DNA of 64,000 bases from NCBI RefSeq assembly GCF_009914755.1, contig NC_060926.1. One strand, written 5' to 3'. Below, one piece after another: positions 1-12,813 of the stretch (position 1 is the first letter of the stretch; each line of letters begins with the position of its first letter). The position numbers and the translations under genes are program-made. The DNA comes from the human T2T-CHM13v2.0 reference genome, Homo sapiens. The notes beneath the pieces are model-generated. The model had not been told where the DNA came from. It ran no database searches and saw nothing but the letters and a program-made list of their open reading frames with translations.

Positions 1-1064
1 GAACTAAATGAAATCAAGATAAAAAATACAGAAGATCAACAAAATGAAAAGTTGTTTTCTTGTAAAGATTTTTTAAAAATCAACAAATTATTAGCTAGAC
101 TAAGAAAAATAGAAAATCCAAATAAATAAAATCAAATGATGAAAAAGAAGATACTACAATTGATACTACAGAGATACAAAAGATCATTAGAGACTATGAT
201 GAACAACTATATACCAACAAATTGGAAAGCCTAGAGGAAATGAATAAGTTCTTAGACACATATAACCAACCAAGATTGAACCACGAAGAAATAGAAAAAC
301 CTGAACAGACCAATAAGAGGTAACAAGATTGGATAAAAAGTCTCCCAACAAAGAAAATTCCAGAATTAGATGCCAACACTGCTAAATTCTATCAAACTTT
401 TAAAGAACTAACACCAATTCTTCTCAAAATATCCCCAAAAAAATATTAAGAGGAGGGAATTCTTCATAATGCATTCTACAAGGCCAGCCTTTTCTGGATG
501 CCAAAACCAGACAAGGACACAGAAAAAAAAAAAACAGCAAAAAAACAAAAAACAAGTACAGGCCAATATCCCCGATGAACACAGATGAGAAAGTTCTCGA
601 CAAAATACTGACAAACCAAACCCAACAGCACATCAAAAAAATTATACACCATGATCATGTGGAATTTATCCCAGTGATGCAAGGATGGTTCAACATAAGC
701 AAATCAATAAATGTGATATATCACATCAACCGAATGGAGGACATAAACCATATGATCACTTCAATAGACATGACAATCATTTGGTAAAATTCAACACCCA
801 TTCATGATAAAAACTCAGCAAGTTAGAAACATCCTTAATACCATAAAGGCCATTTAGGAAAACACCACAGCTAATATACTGATGTTACTGACATAAGAGC
901 TGGAACATAACAAGGATACTCACTTTCAACCATTCTTATTCAACATGATACTGGAAGTTCTAGCCAGAGCAACTAGGCAAGAGATAGAAATAAAGGGCAC
1001 TCAAAATGGAAAAGAAGTCCAATTGTACCTCTTTGCAAATGAGGTACAAATGAGGTAAAAAAAA

Positions 1065-1693
1065 ATTTTTAATTTTTTACTTTAGGTTTGGTGGAACATG
1101 TGAAGGTTTGTTACATAGATAAGCACGTCACAGGGTTTGTTGTACATATTATTACATCACCCAGGTATTAAGCTCAGTACCCAGTAGTTATCTTTTCTGC
1201 TCCTCTTACTCCTCCCACCCTCCCCACTCAAGTAGACCCGAGTATGTGTTGTTCCCCTTTATGTGTCCATGTGTTCTCACTATTTAGCTCCCACTTATAA
1301 GTGACAACATGCAGTATTTGTTTTTCTGTTCCTGCGTTAGTTTACTGAGAATAATAGCCTCCAACTCCATCCAAGTCCCCGCAAAGGACATAATCTCATT
1401 TTTTTTGTGACTGCATAATATTCCATGATGTATATGTACCACATTTTCTTAATCCAGTTTGTCATTAATGGACATTTAGGTTGATTCCATGTCTTTGCTA
1501 GTGTGAACAATGCTGCAATGAACATTTGTTTGCATGTGTCTTTATGGTAGAATGCTTTATTTTCCTCTGAGCATATACCCATTAATGGGATTGCTGTGTT
1601 GAATGGTAGTTCTGCTTTTAGCGATTTGAGGAATCACCATACTGCTTTCCACAATGGTTGAATTAATTTACACTTGCACCAACAGTATATAAG
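1065..1693 (-). mobile_element. L1PA (about PA13-16) 3' end inserted antisense into the older L1
   Basis: T-rich tail followed by the reverse complement of an L1PA 3' UTR (gtacatattattacatcacccaggtattaagctcagtaccc). ORF 1337-1582 matches the ORF2 C-terminus (MFIAALFTLAKTWNQPKCP). Confidence 0.9.
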
Positions 1694-2944
1694 ACTCCAC
1701 TAGACTTAGTAAAATTTCAGGATAAAAAAATCAAATGTAAACATAAAGAGTGTTTCTATACACCAATAACAAACTAGTTGAAAAAGAAATCAAGAGAGAA
1801 ATCTCATTCATAATAGCTATAAAGATAAAATAAAATTCTTAGAAATAAATTTAACCAAGGTGAAAGATCTCTACAAGAAAAACTATGAGACACTGATGAA
1901 ATAAATTGAAGAGGACACAAACAAATGAAAAGACATCCCACATTCATGGATTAGAATAATGAATATTATTTAAATAATCATACTATCCAAAGAAATCTGC
2001 AGATTCAATGTAATCCCCATCAAAATATCAATGACATTCTTCACAGAAATCAGAAAAAAAAATCCTAAAATTCATATGGAATCACAAAAGACCATGTATA
2101 GCCAAACTAATCCTGAGCAATAAGAACAAAGCTGGTGGCATCACACTATTTGACTTCAAAATGTACTACAAAGCTATTATAACCAAAACAGCCTGGCACT
2201 GATATAAATACAGATACATAGAACAATGGAACAGAATAGAGAGCCCAGAAATAAATAAATGTATTTATAGTCAACTGGTTTTTAACAAAGACACCAAGAA
2301 CATACACTAAGTAAAGGACAGCCTCTTTAATAAATGGTGCAGGGGAAACTGGATATCTACATGCTGAAGAATAGACCCTTATATCTCACCACATATAAAA
2401 AACAATTCAAAATGGATTAAAGACTTAAATATAGAGCCAAAACTGTAAAAGTACTAGAAAAAAATTAGAACGGAAATGCTTTAGGCCATTGGTCTGGCAA
2501 AGGATTTTATGGGTAAGACTTCAAAGACTTCACAGGCAACAGAAGTAAAAGTAGAGAGATGGAATTATATCACTCTAAAAACTTCTGCACAGGAAAGGAA
2601 ACAATTAACATAGCAAAGACTGTAGAATGGGAGAAAACATTTGCAAGTTATTTACCTGATAAGAGATTGATATCTAAAATACACAAGGAACTCAATTCAA
2701 CAACAACAAATAATAATAATAATAATTTGATTTTAAAATGAGTAAATAATCTGAATACACGTTTCAAAAAAAGACATACAAATGGCCAACATGTATATGA
2801 AAAAAAAATGCTCAACCCTACTAATCATCAGGGAAATCAAAATTAAAACCACAGTGAGATATCATCTCAAACCAGCTAGAATGGCTATTATCAAAAAGAC
2901 AAAAAATAACAGATGCTGGTGAGGATGAGAAGAAAAGGGAACTC

Positions 2945-3248
2945 TTTTTTTTTTCTCTTTTTGTTTTTTGAGACGGAGTCTCGCTCTGTCACCCAGGCTG
3001 GAGTGCAGTGGCGCAATCTCCGCTCACTGCAAGCTCCGCCTCCCGGGTTCACTCATTCTCCTGCCTCAGCCTCCCGAGTAGCTGGGACTACAGGCACCCG
3101 CCACCACGCCCGGCTAATTTTTGTATTTTTAGTAGAGACAGGGTTTCACCGTGTTAGCCAGGATGCTCTCGATCTCCTGACCTTGTGATCTGCCTGCCTT
3201 GGCCTCCCAAATTGCTGGGATTACAGGCGTGAGCCACTGCGCCCGGCC
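2945..3248 (-). mobile_element. AluY, full length, 12-bp TSD
   Basis: AluY diagnostics (gcaagctccgcc, gttagccaggatg) and many retained CpGs. TSD gaaaagggaact at 2932-2943 and 3249-3260. Confidence 0.96.
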
Positions 3249-4059
3249 GAAAAGGGAACTGTTACTCACTTTTGATGGGAATGTAGTACAACCTTATGAA
3301 AAACAGTTTGGAGGTTCCTCAAAAAACTAAAAACGGAACTACAAAACTAAAAGGAAAACTACTATATAATACCCAGCAACCCCAGCACTGGGTATTTATC
3401 TCAAGGAAAGGAAATGAGTATATCAAAAATATCTGTACCAAACATGTTAACTGCAGCACTATTCACAATAGCCACGATATAGAATTATCCTAAATGTTCT
3501 TCAACAGGTGAATGGAAAAAGAAAATGTAGTATATATACACAATGGAACACTATTCAGCCATAAAAAAGAATGAAATTCTGTTATTCACAGCAATTTGGT
3601 TGAGCCTGGAGGACATTATGTTAGGTAAAGTAAGTCTGGCCCAGAAAGATAGATTCTGCATGTTCTCACTAATATGTGGGAGCTTAAAATGTTGAGCTCA
3701 TAGACGAGAGTAGAATTGTGGTTATAAGAGTCTGGGAAGGAGTGGAGGGAGGGGAGCATAGGGAGGGATTGGTTAAATGATACAAAATTACAGCTAGATA
3801 GGAAGAATAAGTTCGAGCATTCTATAGCTCTATAGGGTGACTATAGTTAACAATGATTTATCATATACTTTCAAATAGCTAAAAGAGAAAAATGTTTAAT
3901 GTTCCCAACACAAAGAAATGATAAATACTTAAAGTGATGGGTATGCTCATTATCCTGGTTTGATTATTAAGCATTGTATATAGTTATTGAAATATCACTC
4001 TCTATCCCATAAATATATACAATTATTATATGTGAATTTGAAAAAAAGTTTTGAAAAAA

Positions 4060-4388
<329 letters not shown>

Positions 4389-4399
4389 CAAGAACAGAG

Positions 4400-6515
4400 A
4401 GAAAAGGGAATATAGAGCAAGTAGTAGAAATAATAAGATGGTAGATATAAATCCAAATATATTAATTATATTAATTGTAAATGGGTTAAATATTGAAAAT
4501 AGATTTTCAGAGATAAAAACATGTATATATTAACATATTCTGTTTGCAAGATACAATTGAAAGATAAAGACTCAGAGATGTTAAAATTAAGGGGATATAG
4601 ATATACTATATAAATACTATCAAACACAGAAAAATATTAGCTATAACAGGTGTAGCTATACTAATATCATATGAAATAAAAGAATAATGAGGTAAATACA
4701 ACAGAATATATAACAATCTTAAGTATGTATGCCTCTAGCAGTATAGCTCAAAATATGTAAAGCAAAAAATGATTTAAAAAAATCAACAAATGCACAAGCA
4801 AAGTAAAAATCTTTAACATACTTCTCTTGGTAAGTCAAAAGACACAGACCAAAGATTGGTCAAAGCTAGTGAAGATTTGAATAAATTGAACATAGACAGA
4901 CAATTGTACCTAGAAATTCTAGAGTACATTATTTTTTAAGTGCATACAGAAAACTTACCAAAATTGACCATATGCTAGGCCCTAAAGCAAGATTCACTAA
5001 GATCAAATAATAGAAATGATTAAGAATATGTTCTCTAAACACTGTAGAATTAAGCCAGAAATGAGAAGCAAGCATTTAGGTAGAAAAATTACAAATGTTA
5101 GATATTAAGTAATATAATTTTCAATGATCTATGGATCAAAATATCACAATAAAAAATTAAAAAGATGCATATATTACCACTAAATCAAGTTCATTCCAGA
5201 AATGCAAGATTGATTTAAAAATCAAAAATCCAATTTAAAAACATCAGTGTAATTTTTCATATGAACAGGTTAAAGGATAAAAGTAATTTGATCATCCACA
5301 TTGTGCTTTAGCCAAGGCAATGAAATGAAATTTAGAATGGTAAAGGAAAAAATACTGTCCTTATTTTTAGATAACATAATATTACTTGTGGAAAATCCAA
5401 AAGAATCTACAAAGTACTTGAATTAATAAGTTTATCTACCAAGGACGACATATGCAAAGTAACTATTCAAAAGTTATTTGAAGTTCTATATACTAGTAAC
5501 AAAAATTCAGAATTAAAAATTTTAAAATGATACCATTCACAGAGGTATTAAAAACGTCAATTACCTAGAAATAAGTCTAATGAAAAATGTTAGACTTTTA
5601 CACTAAGAATTACAAAATACTGGAAGGCTGAGGTGAGAGGAGAGCTGGAGGCCAGGAGTTCAAGGTCATCCTGGGAAACATACCAAGACCCCTTCTCTAT
5701 TAAAAGAAAATAATTACAAAATATTGCTGAGAAAAAAATAAAGGGAACCTAAACATAATGCAGAGCTATACCACATCATAGAATAGAAAGACGCCATAGG
5801 TTGAATAACTCAATATTAAGGTATCAATTCTTCTCAGACTGATGCATTGATTTAAATAAAATCCCAAACAAATTCCCAACAATAGCTTGTATTTAATGGC
5901 AACTGAGTCCAAAATCCTGTGGAAATGCAAATGAATTAGAGGAGCCAAAATAGTCTTGATAGAAAGAGAACAAAATTAGAGGCCTTACGTTATCTAATTT
6001 TAAGACTTACTATGAAGCTACAGCAATCAAGATAACACAATCAATTTGTCTATCTAAGGATAAACAAATAAATGAAACATATAGAGTCCAGAGACAGAAC
6101 CTACATAAATACAGTCACCTATTTATTACAAAGGTAACACTGCAGTACAGATGGGAGGTGCTCTTCTCAATAAATAGTACTAGATCGATGGATACTCATG
6201 GGGGAGCAAATGTATTTGACTCCCATTTAACTGTAAACAAAAATCAATATTGGATAGATTGTACATCAAAATATAAAAAATCAAGCTAATAAAACTTTTT
6301 AAAATAAGATAGAATACCTATGAATGTGAGGTAGGCAAAGATATCTTACACATGACACAGAAAAGAATCATATAAGACTGATAAATTGTATTAAAGTTAA
6401 TAATAATTTATTTCTTAATATTGAATTAACTTCCATTAATTAAGAGAATACACAGGCAATCCACACTGAGGGGAAAGGTTTTTGCAATGTAAAAATATAG
6501 CAAATGGCTTGTATA
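4400..6515 (+). mobile_element. Old L1M ORF2 fragments (endonuclease start, internal deletion, RT and downstream region)
   Basis: ttaattgtaaatgggttaaat corresponds to the LNVNGLN endonuclease start. aaatccaaaagaatctac and taagacttactatgaagctacag are degraded ORF2 blocks. Confidence 0.8.
5620..5711 (+). mobile_element. 5'-truncated FLAM/Alu left monomer with a 12-bp TSD
   Basis: ggaaggctgaggtgagagg...gccaggagttcaagg...ctctattaaaagaaaa. TSD aattacaaaata at 5608-5619 and 5712-5723. Confidence 0.85.
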
Positions 6516-6523
6516 GCCAGTGG

Positions 6524-6722
6524 CATCATGGCAAAACCCTCTCTCTACAAAAACTACAAACATTAGCCAGGTGTAGTGGTGCATGCCTCTAGTTCCAGCT
6601 ACTCAGAAGGCTTAGGTGGGAGGACAGCTTGAACCCGGGAGGTCAAGGCTGCTGCAATTGCACCACTGCACTCCAGCCTAGGCAACAGAGCGAGACCCTG
6701 TCTCAAAAACAAACAAAAAAAA
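6524..6722 (+). mobile_element. 5'-truncated AluJ
   Basis: J-type right arm (gggaggacagcttgaacccgggaggtcaaggctgc, gagaccctgtctc). Confidence 0.88.
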
Positions 6723-7049
6723 TCTTAAAAAATTATATAACCACTCTAACCTTTGATAGCACTTGAAAATATTACATGTATTTTATATTTATTACCTTAT
6801 TTTTATTTAGCATTTCATGATTTCCCTTAAGGAGAAACAACATATTATGCATTTTTGTATCTCTAGCACCATGTACTTAAAGGAATACTCATAAACATCT
6901 ATTGATAATGAAACATTCAGAAATCGACAAGCATAGATAGATATAAGAGTCATTAACCCATCCATGCATAGAAGAACATAACTACAGGTATTCGTGATAT
7001 TTCCTAAACCATATACCAATCCTTCCTTTCAAAGAGTAAGAGAAAGCAA

Positions 7050-7240
7050 AGAGCATTTATTAAATGTTTACTATGTTCCGTTCACCAGCCTAAAATTTAG
7101 AATTGTATCAATGTATACTCTCAACAATTATTTGAATTAAGTACTATCAGTACAGATGAGGAAAGTGAGGTACAAATGACTTTAATTAACTTGCCCAGGA
7201 TGACATAACTACCAACACTCAAAGCCAGAATGGTGCTGTA
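7050..7240 (-). mobile_element. MIR fragment
   Basis: Reverse MIR core: tacagatgaggaaagtgagg...taacttgcccagg. Confidence 0.75.
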
Positions 7241-7632
7241 AATTAACTGCAAAGTGACCAAAGATAATATACATCTCTCCTTCTGGGTCTTCTTCATTGA
7301 ATACAGTTTGGAGGGTCTGTCAAGCAAAGCCTACAGCCCATCCCAACCTTCTCCAAGTGACCCAAACTAGGCAAATCAGACTGTCTTCCTGAAAGGTGAT
7401 CCTTGAGCAAAAGGTACAAACGCTGAATTCAACCAGAAGAGGGAGTGTTGGGGAGGGACCTGTCTTCCTTTTGTACATGTTAGTTCGCCCAGCTCCTTCG
7501 GCATTCATCTAGATTCTGTAAACGACGACACGCATTTTCAGTAAATTGCTTTTCTGCTTAAGAAGGCATGATGGGTGTCTACGGTTGTAAGACAAGTACC
7601 CTAGCTGAATCATCAAGAAACATCATAGAACG

Positions 7633-7634
<2 letters not shown>

Positions 7635-7669
<35 letters not shown>
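7635..7669 (+). repeat. Poly(A)35 tract with no attached retroelement
   Basis: Uninterrupted run of 35 A. Flanks show no Alu or L1 3' end and no TSD. Confidence 0.95.
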
Positions 7670-7671
<2 letters not shown>

Positions 7672-7729
7672 CAGACCCAGAGCAGACCAGCAACTTGCTC
7701 AAGCTCCTCCGTGGCAGATGACGCCCCCC

Positions 7730-7768
7730 ATGACTGCTCATTTCTCCACTCTCTTTTTCTAGGTAAGG
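7730..7768 (+). other. Candidate recursive splice site (3'ss directly followed by a 5'ss), or a splice donor
   Basis: ctcat (branch-point-like) + tttctccactctctttttct + AG (7761-7762) | GTAAGG. Confidence 0.35.
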
Positions 7769-9429
7769 GATAGCTTTTGTTCCTGGGTTGCTAAAACATA
7801 ACTGGAGAGTCTTCAAGTTTCCCTTCACAGCACCTCAGTTTTCTAGGCTTTTCCTCAGCTGCAGCTGACTTTGCCCAAGTACTGTGATCAATGGACCAGC
7901 AGGTTCCAAATGCAACCTCCATGGACTTTTGCAATTGAGCACTGGCGGCTTTACATTGTTCTGTTTCATAAGCCCCTTTGCCCATTTGTTTGCTCCTGTA
8001 AACTCCTCATGTTGCTCAGCATAAAGCCCACGCTCTGAGGTTGATCTGAAAGCACAAATATAGAATAATGGCTTCCTGTTTTCCAATTTTTAATTCCAAT
8101 AGTTGTTGGGCTAAGGAAAAGGGACCCCTTGCTGATGGTAAGTATCGGAGCTAAAGCATTCTCCCATCCTCTCTGCCATCCCCTTCACAAATAAACCCAT
8201 TTCATAAGGGCACAGAGCAAAGCCATTCTACCTGGCTTTTGTAAGTGCTAGCTACTTCATTGGTTCTGTTCAGCATTCCAAAGCTACCCTAACATGTCTG
8301 TGTTCAAAACTATGTTAAACATCTTCAACTATCTGTTCTGCTCTTCATCCCCATTGTTAGCTCTTAGATTTAATATTACAAATAATATTCTAATTAGATT
8401 AAAGTATAATTCCAATCAGGAAGAAAACCTACTTATATTTGCATTTTTAACTTTATACCAAAATTTATATTACTCACTAGAGCCCAAGCAGCATTCTCAC
8501 ATTCTGCTTCTCGGAATCCCTCAAACACTATCAGACACTCAAAAACTAGCATGTAGCAACCCAGGGGTTTGAATAACAAAGTTGGAAAAGGACGGCCAAA
8601 AACAATAAATTGGCCTCCCTGGTCTGAGCCAGACTCAGTCATGTATAACTACTGAGCTGGAATAAATAAGACCTCTGTTTTAAATGGTAATAAGAGTAGA
8701 TGAAGCATTCAAATAATAAAGTCAAAAAAATCACAGAAGTTCATTCTAAAATTCCTAAAATAGGATGTTTCTAAAATACCAAAGCATTAATTTAACTAAT
8801 GGTATTATAACCCATGTGGAACAAAATTAAATGCTGATGTAAATAAGGAAAAGGTCATTTTGATTCAGCTGGAGAGCTCCTGATTTTGATACAGAATATC
8901 TGCAGAGGCAAGTGTTTTTCAAAAACTTCTCCACTAAGTACCATAAAAGTAAAGGGATTGGGAACATGAGCCCACTGGTTGGATGGTAAACACAGTAGAA
9001 AGTAGCACACTTCAAGCATTAAATGTCTTTTAAACTTTGTATCTGTCCTAAAATATTATGATAATTTTGAGTTATACCTTAACATCTATCTCTATATAAT
9101 TATATTTATAGTTATATATAAAATATATGTAACATATATATCTGTATGAATATTAAAATTATTTACCTTAGGGAATTTTTGAAATTATTTTTTATTAAAC
9201 TCTGAGTGAAGTCAACACTTGGGGACTATGTGTCATATTGATCCTGCAAATAATTGGACTCTGGCAAGCTATCAGTTCCCCATAGGAGCACATATAGCCC
9301 ATGTTAATAAACATAATTTTAGAAGACTTTATGTATTTCCCAACCTATTGGCAAGCTACTAACTAATTACATGAATATAACATTAGGAAGCATCTTGCAG
9401 ATATGCATATTCTTAAAGGATTAAAGAAT

Positions 9430-9841
9430 TGATTTGGCTCCTATTAGAGAGACTCAAAGTAATAAGGGCTTAAATAAGATAGATGTTTCATTTTTTTTTT
9501 CCTATGTAAAAGTCTTGGCTAGTATGGTGGCCTGTGTTGGAAGCCAGGCTCTATCTGTTTTGTTCTGCCATCCTCAACATGGTCCACTCCTCTATCTTCT
9601 GCCATTGTGACTACATCCAAGAGCAGGCAGTTGTTCTTCCCTAGAAATTTCAAGCACCATTCCCACTCACATTCCAAATGCCCAAAATTTAGTCACATGG
9701 ACATACCTAGCTGTAAGAGAAAATGGGAAGTGTAATATTTAACAAAGTAGCATTATGCTCTCCGTTTTTAAGAAAAAAAATCTATAACTAAATAATAAAG
9801 GGAAAATAGATACTGAAGAACAACCAGCAATTTCTGCCACT
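9430..9841 (-). mobile_element. Old MaLR LTR (MLT1J/K-like)
   Basis: ggcttaaataagatag...tagtcacatggacatacctagctgtaagagaaaatgggaagtgta, ending in tctgccac (reverse of the tgtggcaga start). Confidence 0.75.
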
Positions 9842-10118
9842 CTCAGCTAAAGTTACCAGCGTGATAGAAATTTGTGTTCAGTATTTAGTAAAAGAATAAT
9901 AGAAATTATCTTCTAGATATTGTGGCTAACCAGGCACATGTATTGACTAATATCCTGTAAAGGTATCAAGCAATTAGAAATTTAACTTAATAAAAAGAAG
10001 CTCAAATAAAGTTTAAGGTAAGAGTTTTTGATAACTGAAATTAATGAAGGAAAATATTATACACAAATATCCTAAACCAGGTGGCATTATCAGCAGACCT
10101 TTAAAAATTAAACCATGA

Positions 10119-10490
<372 letters not shown>

Positions 10491-10605
10491 TTAAGATATA
10501 TTTAACAACTTATTTAGTTCCAGGGTCAAATAAAACAATGAACCTTTACTGGAATACTTTGCCAAGGTAAAAATCGATATTAAAAAATAATATGGGATAG
10601 CAAGA

Positions 10606-10993
10606 TATTGTAGGATAGGTTTCACAGGAAGCCGACATATAGATGGACCTTAGCATGCAGAAGGTTGATTGGGTGCCCTTGGAATTGCACCCGTTAAAGG
10701 GAAGGGATGGAAGGAGAACTGGACAGAAGGAAAAGCTGGGTTGCAATGCGGTCTCAACTAGGGTTTCAGCCAGTGCCCTGGGGAGATTTGAATGTGACTG
10801 GCCTATCAGAAATGTTCCAAGGTAAAGCGAGGATGACACTGCATCAATCAGTCATGGAACATGGGCTGTGCCTAGAAGGAGCTATGACTTGGTAGAGAAA
10901 GTTTTCTTCAGCTGAGACAAATTAAAGGAGCCTGACATTTGACAGCTGTCTGCTAGTAGCATTTACTGCACGTGGAGGAATAAGTCTTTCAAC
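10606..10993 (-). mobile_element. ERVL solo LTR, LTR33-like (copy 1, missing one terminus)
   Basis: Collinear similarity to copy 2 and to the recalled LTR33 consensus (cagtcatgga...ctatgacttgg...ttcttcagctgagacaa). Confidence 0.7.
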
Positions 10994-11397
10994 TGTTGCA
11001 GGTTGGTTTCCCCAGAAACAGATATTCAAACATAGATTAACATAACGGATGTTTAGGAAGTGATCTTGAGCACCTGCTAAAAGGAAGGAATGAGAGCAGA
11101 ATACAATATTAATAAAGAATTCAGCAAACCCTGTGGGAAGCTCTGGAGCTTGGACGTTCAGATTTATTCCCTGCTGGAGAGAGAAGGTCAGGTTTTTACA
11201 CCCTATATTGATCGCTCACTGGATGTGGCCATCCAGAAAGGGCTATGACCTTGGGTGAGGCAAATTTCTTCAGCCAAGACAATCTCCAAAATGGAATGAC
11301 AGCTAGAGTGTTTTCTGGCAGCATTCCTAGCAGCAGGGGAAATATGTTCTTCAATGCAGAAGGAGAATCTTGGTGCACATTGCAGTGTCCACCATAC
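10994..11397 (-). mobile_element. ERVL solo LTR, LTR33-like (copy 2)
   Basis: tgttgcaggttggtttccccagaaacag...gggaagctctggagct...tgaccttgggtgaggc...gcagtgtccaccata. Confidence 0.72.
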
Positions 11398-12097
11398 GAG
11401 ATACACTATGATTTCATTTTATGGCCAAAGAAAAACTTAAATCATGCTTTACATGGAGAACAGGTTCAATAATTTATCCATGTGAAACCCAAGGCATGGG
11501 TTACCTTGCCTTTTTTTTTTCCAAAGCATATTTGGTAATATTCACATAAATTAAATGTGGGACTGATATACGAGACTTTACTATGTAAATATTTCTATTC
11601 CTCACTCCTTTTCTCTATTCTTGCCAGCAAATTCCTGCCCTTATTGTCCTGCAATAATAATAACGATTATTATAAGGCCATAAGCCCTTAGTTTCCTCAC
11701 CTAACCTCCTTTAGACCCTGCGCTTGAATGCTGTGAAATAAATGTCATCCTTCTCTAAGGTAAGGAACGCTGCACCTGCATCCTCAATTCCTGTCAGTGC
11801 ACAGTTCTTATCCTCATTCCGTCACCCCCAGCCATCTTCAAAAGCTGCTTTCCCTCTAAATTTCTATATTTTGCACATTTCACTTATTTAGCCATTTTGA
11901 AAATGTCTTTGCTTGACCCTTCTGTTTTCTCTCATTACACCCATGCCTCTGTCCTTTTCCCTGCCAAGTTTCTTAAACCAGCATCATGCAATCATTAATT
12001 CATTTCTACTACTCCAGTTCTCTCCCCAGTGCCTTGCAATCTTACTTCTGTCCACACTCTTCTACCCAAATATGCCTCCCCACAAAGGCTAAATAAC

Positions 12098-12439
12098 TTT
12101 CCTTCCTTCCTTCTTTCCTTCCTTACTTCCTTCCTCCCTTCCTCTCTCTCTCTCTCTCTCTCCCCACGGAGTCTCACTCTGTCACCAGGCTGGAGTGCAG
12201 TGGCACAATCTTGGCTCACTCAACCTTTGCCTCCCAGGTTCAAGCAATTCTCCTGCCTCAGCCTCCTGAGTAGCTGGGACTACAGGTGCATGCCACCATG
12301 CCCAGCTAATTTTTGTATTTTTAGTAGAGATGGGTTTCACCTTGTTGGCCAGGATGGTCTCCATCTCTTGACTTCATGATCCGCCCACCTCAGCCTCCCG
12401 AAGTGCTGGGATTACAGACGTGAGCCACCACGCCCAGCC
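12098..12439 (-). mobile_element. AluSc whose tail has become (TTCC)n(TC)n
   Basis: Alu body 12166-12439 with Sc diagnostics (ctgtcaccagg, ccaggatggtctccatctcttgac). Pyrimidine repeat at 12098-12165. Confidence 0.93.
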
Positions 12440-12813
12440 GCTTTCTTTTTGGCAAATTCAAAATGTTTTCATAGCCCTCAGACTTGACTTAATAATCATG
12501 GGCAGGGAACACCTGTTGTTTCTGACACTGTACTTGACTGACGTTAGGTTTTATCCCTATCTCCCACCACTCATTTCCACTTTTTCCTCCTCCCCCAAGC
12601 AACTGACAGGGCAAATTTTCCAAAGTTCTGTCTTTAGTCCTCTATCTAGAACATCATATCTTTATCATTACAATTTCTCTTCATTTTCATAATTGCTTCA
12701 CTGCTGACCATTCAGATCTGTGTCTCTGTTTTGTCTTCTTGGGCAATTTCAGCCTCGATCTCCAGCCGTCTTAGAGACATTTCTATTTGGACAACCAAAT
12801 AGAGAATGGCCAC

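Larger units (their letters stand above)
1..4058 (+). mobile_element. LINE-1 (L1MA-like) 3' part: degraded ORF2 (RT and C-terminal region) plus 3' UTR, interrupted by an L1PA fragment and an AluY
   Basis: ORF 575-787 translates to L1 ORF2-like text ([43 protein letters not shown]). L1MA-type 3' UTR at ~3700-4050 (tacaaaattacagctagataggaagaataag). Many frameshifts and stops. Confidence 0.93.

Noticed and set aside
575-787. ORF resembling a reverse transcriptase segment
   Set aside because: A fragment of a dead L1 ORF2 with flanking stops and frameshifts; no intact ORF1 or ORF2.
2913-3188. 91-aa ORF and similar ORFs (10179, 12029, 33840, 42288, 47515, 54779, 62721)
   Set aside because: They are translations of antisense Alu sequence ([18 protein letters not shown]-type text), not genes.
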